Part shown: in pieces, positions 27,182 to 37,933 of the stretch
How positions within the stretch are numbered: the stretch's first letter is position 1
How the letters are laid out: every line of letters begins with the position of its first letter
Assembly (NCBI GenBank): GCA_002269645.1
Contig: NIVC01000284.1
Span: 645,525 to 709,524, forward strand
DNA from: Macrostomum lignano
Taxonomy: Eukaryota
Direction: 5' to 3'
DNA length: 64,000 nt
Position numbers and translations under genes: made by a program
Notes under the pieces: generated by a model
Seen by the model: only the letters and a program-made list of their open reading frames with translations
What the model was told of the DNA's origin: nothing
The model's database searches: none

Positions 27182-27417
27182 GTCAGTCAGTCAGTCACTC
27201 AGTCACTCAGTCAGTCACTCAGTCAGTCAGTCACTCAGTCAGTCAGTCAGTCAGTTAATCAGTCAGTCACTTAGTCACTCAGTCACTCAGTCAGTCAGTC
27301 ACTCACTCAGTCAGTCAGTCAGTCAGTCAGTCAGTCACTCAGTCAGTCAGTCAGTCAGTCAGTCAGTCAGTCAGTCAGTCAGTCAGTCAGTCAGTCAGTC
27401 AGTCAGTCAGTCAGTCA
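27182..27417. repeat. (TCAG)n microsatellite
   Basis: Direct reading. Confidence 0.99.
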
Positions 27418-27974
27418 ATTGCTCTATCGGAGACGTTTCTTAGACTGACTTCAGTGAGTGGGTGACTGACTGACTGACAAAAAGTGTTCGATATTGTATT
27501 ACCGATAGACAAAATATACTACTACATTTATTTCTACTAATCGAGGCCAAGGACTCTCCTATTGATTGAGGACATCAAGGAAATCATGGACTGGACGAAT
27601 GACCAGCAAGCACACGCCCTCCATTAACTCTCTTCTACCTCGTATGTAGTCACATTATTGGGTCATTGTTTGTGCCCATGCCCAGCCTTCAGTCTGGAAA
27701 TGGGAGTTTGCCACCGTAGGCACAAATCAAATATTTTTAGACTCGTCATTACTCTCTGTAGGCTGCACAACTCTTTCTTTCTATTTTTTACCACATCAGC
27801 AGAGCAGGTGAAGCTGATTCTGATTGGATTATGGTTTCAGACTTAACCATGCAAGAACCACAGAATAAGTCAATAAGTATACAACCAACCTGTTTGGTAG
27901 TGAGCTAAATACATTTACATAACGCGTTCATAGCGCTGTGGTCTCGTCATCCTTAATACTCAACCGCATTGCCG

Positions 27975-28764
27975 ATGTTTAGGACAGGTGCATCTATAGC
28001 CACTCTGGCTGCTCTAGGCTGCTCAGTTGCACAGCTCCTGAGTGCGGCAGAAGCCTTTAGACCGGTTGTCCAGTTCACCGCGGCCAGGGCGGGCAGCGCT
28101 GTCGCTCCTCCGGAGTTTCTCTCGCAGCCCGAACTCAGCGAGCGCAGCTGCAGCTTCATGTGCAGCCTGAGACCGAACTGCTTCGGCTTCTACTGGCTGC
28201 TCGGAGCGTGTCGGCTGTTCGACCTGCAGGCGTTTCTCAATGCCAGCGCCTGGGTCAGCACCGGCAGGTGCGACGTCTTCGTTCTTGGTGAGCTGAAAAT
28301 AATTTGTCTCGAATAATAAATTTATCGTTTCATTTATACTCAATATAATTTCTTCAGATTCCAAGGAACTGCAGACTGCTGGCTGTGTGCAAAGCTCAAA
28401 TTATCCTAGTAGCTTTTGTAGCCAAGCAATCGATGGCAACACAAATCCGTCATTCTATTCTTACTCTTGCGCGACTACTCAGTTCAATGCTAGCGAGTGG
28501 TGGGAGGCCGGCCTCGCCGCCCCGTCTCTCGTGTCCTTCGTCACCATCCATAACAGGCAGGACTGCTGCGCTGAGAGGCTCAACAAGTTCGACCTGCTGG
28601 TTGACGGGTCCGTGTGCAACCAGGTGAGGCTCAGCGCTCCGTTCTCCGTGGCCAACTTCACCTGCGGCGCTTTCGGCTCTCGAGTTCGAGTTCTGGCTCG
28701 CAGCGACCCGCCAACAGCCCTCACCATCTGCGAGTTCATGGTCTACGGCTTCAAGTCTACGTGA
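27975..28764 (+). CDS. Secreted PAN/Apple + F-type lectin (fucolectin/FTP, F5/8-like) protein; exons 27975-28287, 28358-28764
   Basis: Signal peptide MFRTGASIATLAALGCSVAQLLSAAEA; PAN-type C-x3-C...CFGF...CRL; phase-1 70-nt intron G|GTGAGC..TTCAG|AT; FTP motifs QSS, AIDG, WW, NRQDCCAERL, LTICEFMVYG. Confidence 0.85.
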
Positions 28765-28812
28765 TTTTTGGTATCTTGTTTTTGCAATTAATAATAATAA
28801 ATAACAATTAAT

Positions 28813-29045
28813 AACCGACAGCTCAGCCGCTGCTATTGCGCGGCGCATCTGAAGTCAAGGACTGGAGGGGTCGCCACTTAAACCATCAATTACCCCAGCT
28901 AATGCTGGCACCCATTTTACAGCTCGGTGAACTGAAGCAATGCAAAGTTAAGTGTCTTGCTCAAAGACACAAATTGTTCCGAGTTCGGTCGAGAATCGAA
29001 CTCCCGACCTACTCAGTCTTTAGTCTGACGCTCGAACCACTACAA
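28813..29045 (-). mobile_element. CORE-type SINE, copy 2 (internally deleted tail)
   Basis: Homologous to 11107-11407; lacks the GCTGCGTACGGCTGTTCA segment. Confidence 0.85.
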
Positions 29046-30924
29046 CCCCTTGATTCAGAGCATTCAGACTTGCTGCAACTTTTTATTCAAGCAGCACTGG
29101 AAACCCCGTTGGGATAAGTGGAGCTTTTTTTCATCTCTTTCACTTCCTGAAAAAATGCCACCTGTTGTTATTTTGCCTTGGTCTGTATAGCGTTGAAAAA
29201 CAATGATTTTATAAAGAGAATTCGCTGCAAAACTGTGTATCCACTCAAACGGTTACTGACTGGATGATTGACACCTGTGAATATCACTAATCAAGTGAGT
29301 TTGCTTGTCTCTAATAGTTGAATTAAGATTTATTTTGACACAGTTTAATGCTGACTGGATTAAAACTGTCAATTGATTTTTATTTTCCAACGTCAATTAT
29401 TCTTGATGCAAACTGGCAACTTTTACTGTCAATGCGAATTTGTTAAATCAATTTTCCTTTATCTGTCAATAAAATGACGGATGCTTACCGGCTTTTAATA
29501 TTGTGTCATTCAGTAAATTTTTATTCAAATGATGGTCTAATTTCTATAACACCATAAATAAACCATAGGCACAACTGCACTCAGTGTCTTTGAGGGACCA
29601 TAGACACAACTGCACTGAGTGTCTTAGAGGGACCATCGACACAACTGCACTCAGTGTCTTTGAGGGACCATAGACACAACTGCACTGAGTGTCTTAGAGG
29701 GACCATCGACACAACTCACTGAGTGTCTTTGAGGGACCATAGACACAACCACATTGAGTGTCTTTGAGGGGCCATAGACACAACTGCACTGAGTGTCTTA
29801 GAGGGACCATAGACACAACTGCACTGAGTGTCTTAGAGGGACCATAGACACAACTGCACTGAGTGTCTTTGAGGGACCATCGACACAACTGCACTGAGTG
29901 TCTTAGAGGGACCATAGACACAACTGCACTGAGTGTCTTAGAGGGACCATAGACACAACTGCACTGAGTGTCTTAGAGGGACCATAGACACAACTGCACT
30001 GAGTGTCTTTGAGGGACCATCGACACAACTGCACTGAGTGTCTTAGAGGGACCATAGACACAACTGCACTGAGTGTCTTAGATGGACCATAGACACAACT
30101 GCACTGAGTGTCTTAGAGGGACCATAGACACAACTGCACTGAGTGTCTTAGAGGGACCATAGACACAACTGCACTGAGTGTCTTAGAGGGACCATAGACA
30201 CAACTGCACTGAGTGTCTTAGAGGGACCATAGACACAACTGCACTGAGTGTCTTAGAGGGACCATAGACACAACTCACTGAGTGTCTTAGAGGGACCATA
30301 GACACAACTGCACTGAGTGTCTTTGAGGGACCATCGACACAACTGCACTGAGTGTCTTAGAGGGACCATAGACACAACTGCACTGAGTGTCTTAGATGGA
30401 CCATAGACACAACTGCACTGAGTGTCTTAGAGGGACCATAGACACAACTGCACTGAGTGTCTTAGAGGGACCATAGACACAACTGCACTGAGTGTCTTAG
30501 AGGGACCATAGACACAACTGCACTGAGTGTCTTAGAGGGACCATAGACACAACTGCACTGAGTGTCTTAGAGGGACCATAGACACAACTCACTGAGTGTC
30601 TTTGAGGGACCATAGACACAACTGCACTGAGTGTCTTAGAGGGACCATAGACACAACTGCACTGAGTGTCTTAGAGGGACCATAGACACAACTGCACTGA
30701 GTGTCTTAGAGGGACCATAGACACAACTCACTGAGTGTCTTTGAGGGACCATAGACACAACTGCACTGAGTGTCTTAGAGGGACCATAGACACAACTGCA
30801 CTGAGTGTCTTAGAGGGACCATAGACACAACTGCACTGAGTGTCTTAGAGGGACCATAGACACAACTCACTGAGTGTCTTTGAGGGACCATAGACACAAC
30901 TGCACTGAGTGTCTTAGAGGGACC

Positions 30925-33194
30925 TGTTGTAAAGTGAGTTTACTCACTGGGTTGTTTTGCCAGTCGGTGTTTGGGGGTCATTTTGTTTGTTGGACTAAAC
31001 CTGACTGGCTTGTCTCTCGCTCACCACATTTTGGCGTCGCGCGGAGAAATCAATTGATTTGGGCCAGCGTGATTCAGCACAAGCGCGAACTCTAAAATCT
31101 GCCAAGTCATGAGCAGCACAGAAGGCGCAAATGCAAGTGCAATGGGCGACCCACAGCGAGGGTCCCAACAAGCAGCAGCCCAACAGTCAAGCAGAGATGC
31201 AGCCAACAGAATGAGTGTCAACATTTCGCCACCGCAGCCGTTTCTGCCAGCCGCTGGAGCACCGCTGATTGAATGGAACCGATGGAAAGCAATGTTCAGC
31301 AATTACCTGCTAGCATCGGGAGCCAGCGATCTGCCGGAGCAAAGAAAACAAGCGTTGCTCATTCACTGTTTGGGTGCAGAGGGACAAAACATCTACATGT
31401 CTCTACAGGCCAGCAGCAATCAGGAGGAAGGAGAGCAACCGCCATCAACAGTTGATGACACGCTGAAGCTCCTAGACATGCACTTCGGACCCAAAGTCAA
31501 CGTAGTTGCTGAGAGGCACAGATTCCGACAGAGAGCTCAGCGACCGGGCGAAAAGATCAGCGACTTCGTTGCCGCGCTGCGAAACCTGGCTTCGAACTGC
31601 GACTTCAAGACCTTCCAGGAGGAGATGCTGCGTGACCAGCTCGTCGAGAAAGTGCTCAGCAACCACATCAGGGAGCGACTGCTTATGGAGCCGGAGCTGA
31701 CCTTGGCGACAGCTGTGCAGTTGGCGGAGCGACTGGAAACTGGACTGCTGGAGGCCCAGGCCATCAAGGGAGGCAGCCACACAGACCCAAACAGCTCGTG
31801 TGGAGTCCAGCAGATCAGCAAGGCCAAGAACAGTGGAGCAGCGGCAAGACAGCACGAGGCACTGAAGTCGACAGCCGACGGCCGGAGCTGCGGCTACTGT
31901 GGCTCAGCGGCGCATGTCGGTGGACAGACCTGCCCAGCAAAGGGGCAGAAGTGCAAGTCCTGCGGCAAGCGCGGGCACTTCGCCAGAGTCTGCAGGAGCG
32001 GCAACCGAGTGCGACAGCTTCAGGATGAGTACTCCATCTGCACTGTGTCGACAGCTGCGGCAGCAAGCAAGCACTGCGAAGTGCTGCTGAACGGGAGGCC
32101 TGTCAAGCTGCTCGTTGACTCCGGTTCGCGAGTCTCCATCATCACCAAGACGACGTACAATAGACTTCTGTCCAACGTGCCCCTGCAGGCGTCATCACGG
32201 AAGCTGGTCGCTTTCAACGGCAGCAAGATCGGCGTGCTTGGTGATATCCTGACCTCGGTGCAACTCAAGGACAAAGTAGTGCCTTACGTCAACCTTAGCG
32301 TGGTTAATACCGGATCTGACATCCTGGGGTGCGACCTCATGGATCAGCTGGGACTGTGAATCGTCACTGCAGACGGTGAGCGAGTGCAGACAGTCGGCAC
32401 CAGAGCCCTGCCTGACTGGATCCCAGGCCGGTTCGATCAGTTGACTCAGGGACTCGGACACATCAAAGGATTTCAGCACAGGCTGCGAGTCAACCCCGCG
32501 GTGCAACCGACTGCTCAACCGTTGCGCAGAGTGCCGCTCAGCTTAAGAGATTCGGTTCAAAAGAAGTTCAAGTGGCTCAAAAGAACCCGACCGCCTCAAT
32601 TAGGGTGCGGCGACCTGGTGCGAGTGCGATCTCCGCGGATGCGAGGCAAGCTGCAGAGCCACGTGTCACCACCTCTACGGGTCAGCGACATCATCAGCCC
32701 GACGATCGTCAGGTTAGAGGACGGCTCAAGGTGGCACACCAGCCTCTGTATGCCTCATGCGGAGCCCGAGGGTGCCAGCACGACTTCGGCAACGGCAATG
32801 CCGCCACAGCCGCCAGTGGCTGCAGAGCCGGCAGCGCCAGAAGGCCCGACGGACCCGCCGCCGGCGACCGCTGAGGCCGACGCGGAGCTGCGGCGCAGTA
32901 CGCGACTGCGGGCACCACCGTTGTGGTACGGCCAGGTCGTGACGCATTGATTGCCAGCTGTGAAGGGAATTAGTGACTGTTAAGGAGGAGGGTGAATGTT
33001 GTAAAGTGAGTTTACTCACTGGGTTGTTTTGCTAGTCGGTGTTTGGGGGTCAAGGGATCCGATGTACATGCGCGCTCTGTTTGTATATGTACATGCGTTC
33101 TCGAGTAAATATATGAATAGCTCCACCCTTTGGGTGAGGGTTTGAATTTTGTTTGTTGGACTAAACCTGACTGGCTTGTCTCTCGCTCACCACA
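30925..33194 (+). mobile_element. Internally deleted, non-autonomous Ty3/Gypsy LTR retrotransposon
   Basis: LTRs TG...CA at 30925-31028 and 32997-33194; TSD GGACC at 30920-30924 and 33195-33199; PBS-like TGGCGTCGCGCGGAG at 31032; PPT AAGGAGGAGGGTGAA before the 3' LTR; RT, RNase H and integrase cores absent. Confidence 0.93.
31109..32950 (+). pseudogene. gag-protease ORF (31109-32359) and same-frame remnant of the pol N-terminus fused to the post-integrase tail (32360-32950)
   Basis: Gag motifs W..WK..F..YL, ERHRF..R.Q..GE, LRDQLV; zinc knuckle CKSCGKRGHFARVC; protease LVDSGS. After one in-frame TGA: pre-RT GLGHIKGFQHRL..QPLRRVP, then GDLVRVR...LEDGSRWH...LRRSTR. Confidence 0.88.
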
Positions 33195-33823
33195 GGACCA
33201 TAGACACAACTGCACTGAGTGTCTTAGAGGGACCATCGACACAACTCACTGAGTGTCTTTGAGTTGAACCTGTGTCCCATTTAGCATTCGTTTTTGAATT
33301 CGAATTTCAAGCAAAAACTGAATTCAGTCACACTGAATTTATTCAATAGTAATCAGGCTGATCAGGACTAGCGATTTAAATTTCCCGATCGGGTGTCTTC
33401 TGCCTCTCCTTTGTCACTAGCTCACCGACGCGAGTATCTCGATCATCTCTGCTCGGATTCCATTTCTATGATATCAGCGGATTCAATCTGGTGAACGGGC
33501 TGAGACAAGCGGGCTGCTGCATGGAGGCGCCCTGTGTTGACTCTGTTGTCAAGGCAGCTTTCTGGGGTATTTATTCCATGACTGCAACCTGGAATTTTCA
33601 ATTAATCGAAATTATTTTATTCAAAAAACAAGTCAGGAAATTCTAATGCAGTCTCATCCGCAACAGATTTTCCGTGAGTTTTGCTCAGATTTTTATTACT
33701 CGTAATCGAATAAGAACATTTTTGTCCGTCCGTCATGATGAAGGTCGAATGTATTTCTTACTAAGCAAAATAAAGCCTAAAGAATCAGTTGCTTTAAGGT
33801 ACAACGATTCTGTGTGTCCTCAT

Positions 33824-34131
33824 AATAATAATAATATTAAATAATTGATTACACCTGCCTTAATGGGCTGATGTGCAACCGAAAGCTCAGCCGCAGCTTT
33901 CTATTGCGCGGCGCATCTGAAGGCTGCGTACGGCTGTTCAGTCCAAGGACTGAGGGGTCGCCACACAAACCCTCAATTTACCCCAGCTAATGCTGGCACC
34001 CATTTGACAGCTGGGTGAACTGAAGCAATGTAGAGTTAAGTGCCTTACTCAAGGACACAAATTGTTCCAGTATCGGGAATCGAAACTCCGACCTTCAAGT
34101 CGTAAGTCCGACCTCTAACCACTAAGCTACA
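33824..34131 (-). mobile_element. CORE-type SINE, copy 3
   Basis: Full length with tRNA head and (ATT)n tail; homologous to the other copies. Confidence 0.85.
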
Positions 34132-34186
34132 GCCCTACTGCCGGTACTCATACTATCAGTGTAGTCCTTAGCTTGGAATATCTCAG

Positions 34187-36815
34187 AATGGATCAATCCC
34201 TGCAGATCTCCGACCTTCATTCCTGCGCCTCTTAGGACTGCTTCTACTGTCTCTCATGGTCGCTACCGAAAGTCTAGCTGTGGCGGACCAGTCTGAAGGG
34301 ACCTTCAAGCTTTCCGGTCCAGTCGAGCTGAACAGTTCGAGCAGCAGCGAGTTGCTCAGCGTTGCCAAGCCCAGCATGTCGGGAATGCACTGCGTTGGCC
34401 ACTGCAGCAGGTTGGAGGGCTGCGTAGCGGCCATCCTCAGAGGCAACCGCAGTCTGTGCCGGCTGCTGCGGCTGATGCAGTCGCCGGGGCCCGATGGCAG
34501 TCACGTGACTAGGCAGCTGGGATTCGAGCCCGGAGACAAGCTATGGCTAGCAAATGACTTTAGTGAGACTCTGGAACGACTGCTCAGGCCACTGCGTAAG
34601 TCTGTTCTGTCCACGAAAGACATGCAATAAGCTGAGTTACTTTGAGTGTTGCTCCCATTGGTTCAAATTGCAGCTGGCGCTGCTGGTCTGTCTACCGACT
34701 CTCCGCATGCCTCTGTGAATGGTTTGGAGATGAAGTTTACTGGTGAGATTGATCACTTTTGTGATGTGCTAACTTCATAGCGACGATATCCGTTGATTTA
34801 AGGCCCTACATCTTTAAAATTGCTTTTGTCAATAATTTAGCGGCATTTAACAAAGCCAGAGACAGAACCAAAGGTCTATTCAGTCAGTTCAAGCAGGCAA
34901 TTTTATTCAACTCTGATATTGTATAGATGAAATCTGAATGCGTTCTGCAGAGCCAACCGAATGGGATGCTCGAGAAAATTTATTATGCTTTGGCCACTCT
35001 TTGTGACGACAACGATTACGTTGTTAGAATATGCACTAGCGAAGTGTGGGAAAGTTGGAGCAAAATGCAGCAAACGCAATGCATTGAATTTCAGCCAGCG
35101 GATCGGGCAGGAACGGCCTCGTGCAGCAGGCCGTGGTGACGGTCACGGGCTGCTTCCGCATCGAGGCTACTGGCGGCAGAGGCGGCTCCGCTGAGCTCTC
35201 CGATTCGGTCACGGAGTCGCCGTGCGGAGCTACGATGGCCGGCAACTTCAGCCTCGCAGCCGGCACGTTGCTGTCCATTGTTGTCGGTCAGGCAGGCACA
35301 AGGGGAGCCTTGACGCGTGGCGGAGGCGGCGGGGGCGGTTCTTTTGTGTACAGAACTACCGACAACTTTCTGTACCTGGCTGCCGGAGGTAGCGGCGGAG
35401 CTTCGCATCCTTACTCTTGTGAGTGCTCGGAATCAAATGTTACAGTACTCTGTACGGCTGTGCATTGGGCGGCAGAGTTGTTCAGTGATTAACGCGTCTG
35501 ATTCTCGCGCTAAGGACTTCGGGTTTCGTTTGGGCATGAAACTTTGCCCGTATGGGGCGATTGGCCAACTCGCAATGCCTCCATTTCTCTTAGGGCTCCT
35601 TTGTCAGCCTGGAGTGAAATGGGTGTTAGCCATCCACTTCACCTCGCGCTGTACTTTGTGCCACCTTTGTTCGCCGTCCTCTCTACCCCTCCGTGGGGTG
35701 GGGGTTTAATTGCTCACCCGTTTATTTATCTGCGCGCCGCCTTCTGTGCCACGTCGCTCGCTCTGGCTTTGCAGCTACAAGCACCAGAGCCTTGAGCCTT
35801 GACATCTCAACAGTCACCCGTAAGCCTTTCCCCACCTCTCGCGCTGCTTCGGCCATAGGCATTGCCTGCCTGCTGTTCGTCTCCTTTGCTGTTGGGGTGT
35901 GATTGGTTAATGTATTTTGTGTACAGGCCCGACAATGAGAAGTCAGAGCAGACGATAAGAGAGTCGTCGCAAGTTTGGCATTCTACTCTGTCCCCTTGAT
36001 TTGCGGGAGCGACCAAGACCCCTGCAAACGAACAAAGGTTGTCTCGTGCCAAAAAGCATTCGAGACACATTAAGACTAACATAGGAATCAAATATGGACT
36101 TTCGAGGTTAAAATCTCTCCTAAATAAGTGCAATCAGTGGGAGCCAATCTGCGTGTCCGTTGCTGAGATCTCGCTTGCTCAGCTCCATGACATGGCTAAT
36201 TTTTTAAATCTTGTCCTACCCCGGTAAATATGTGACGGCACCTTTGTACATCAGCTGTTATCATTGTTGTCGAAGCAATTTTGACATTATGTTGGTTTCC
36301 CGTGACTTATTGATTCTCCAACGCCCCTGGCCACCACCGCAGCACTTGGCGCACAAACTGGCGAGAACGGCACCTGGCCGCACCCGAGCCATTCTCCTCG
36401 AGGAGGCGTCCGCGGCCAGCCTGGCACCTCCAACACGGGAAAATCCGGAAAGTTCGGCGGTCCCGGAGCCGGTTGGCTGAACGGCTCCGACTCAACGGGT
36501 AGCACAACTTGCTGCGGCAACGGCGGCGGTGGCCTCGCAGAGGGCTGGATCGGCGGCACCGGCAGTGCCAGTATCGACGGCGGCTTCGGCGGTGGAGGCG
36601 GTGCCGCGGCGCCTGAAGGTCCTTCGAGCTGCGGAGCGGGCGGCGGTGGCGGCGGCTACAGCGGTGGCGCGGCTGCCACTGAGTCCACAAACGCTGGCGG
36701 AGGCGGCGGCTCCTTCTGCTCTGGCAGCGGCTGCGTTGGCGTCAACGGCGACTTCTGCGGTACCGACAACGGCTTGTTGGTCACCCGGCTGCTGGGTTCC
36801 GGCGGCTGCGGCTGA
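34187..36815 (+). CDS. Secreted PAN/Apple + ALK/LTK-like glycine-rich domain protein; exons 34187(or 34206)-34595, 34674-34742, 35095-35418, 36343-36815
   Basis: Three consecutive phase-1 GT..AG introns join in frame. Hydrophobic FLRLLGLLLLSLMVA; PAN-like HCVGHCSRLEGC..CRLL; then KFTASGSGRNG..IEATGGRGG..LSIVVGQAG..GGGGGGSFV..LAAGGSGGA..GGFGGGGG..GGGGGGYSGG..GGGGGSF, TGA at 36813-36815. Start codon unresolved. Confidence 0.8.
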
Positions 36816-37933
36816 GGTGAAAGTAAATAACGTTTACATTGGTTTAATACACCAATCTTGAGAGTATAGTCCGAGTGATGTAAGTGCTCAATCGTGTTCT
36901 TAAATAGCGAGGGCCATTGACCATAGGCGAGAGTTAGGGCTGAAGTTTCACAATGCCCTCGCAGACAGAAATCTCTGTGACAGTCCAAAGGTTCCTTAAA
37001 ATTCGGAATATTCTCCCAATGAATTGCAATGGTTTTTGAAGTTTTTAAATGTTTGCTTTTAATCCTCAATTGTTTCGCTGTTAAAATTATTTTAAAACAA
37101 ATCTTTTACTAACTATTTCATCTGATCCATCCATATTGTGTCTTTTTTCAAGAAAGTCCACTGATAATTGAGTGCCGTGTTTGAAGCAACAACTACCGCC
37201 ATCCACAATGTTGCTACCTGTAGTATGTTTCTTCTGCATAATGTTTTTACCTGTAGCCGTATTGCTTTCGCTTTGGCAATAAAATTTTAATTATTTTTTT
37301 GTAGTTTCAATAACCGCGTCCTTTATACAAAACTGTCGTGATCCATAGCTACATGGAGAAGCTTCACGTAAAACTATTTATTTATTTATTTTGCCTAGTT
37401 TGCCTTTCCACTTTATATCTGCGTAGGTTTCCTTTATTGACTTATTCTACGCTTTTTTGTTTGTCTTTGAAACTGATTACTACGATTTATAATTGCTAAA
37501 ACTAGCTAATTAAAAGGATATATTAGATCGCTTTACTCTTAATGATGCATGTGTTACATCGTTTAACATACTGTAAATCGTTGCGTGGTTTATTTTATTT
37601 ATATTTAATTTTTATATTTTATATTTTTACTCATGTATAATATATTTATTTATTTTTTTTTTTTTTTTTTATATTTTATATTTTTACTCATGTACTTTTT
37701 TTAAATGCGAGCGTAATTGTCTCTACCTTTTAGTTTAGATGTACTTAAGACTACAAGTAAACCATCTCGTTCAATTTTTATTAAAAAGCAGATACTTTTG
37801 TTTTAAATGCATGTATTTAGGTGACTAGAAATTCAAAACCATACCAATTTGTCTAATGCTCGATGCATACTACTGTCAAGAAACAAATAAGTATAGATCA
37901 GCTAACATGAGCAGATGAGCAGATGACATTAAG

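Larger units (their letters stand above)
29563..33262. repeat. 35-bp satellite (GGGACCATAGACACAACTGCACTGAGTGTCTTAGA) interrupted by an LTR element
   Basis: ~39 units at 29563-30924 and 2 units at 33195-33262; no spacers. Confidence 0.97.

Noticed and set aside
29563-33262. 35-bp palindromic repeats as a CRISPR array
   Set aside because: Units are contiguous with no unique spacers, there are no cas genes, and the context is eukaryotic
34961-35094. Signal-peptide-like MLWPLFVTTTITLLEYALA as the start of the Gly-rich gene
   Set aside because: It is out of frame with the Gly-rich exon; exon 34674-34742 splices in phase and restores the expected KFT-ASGSGRNG motif, placing this stretch in an intron
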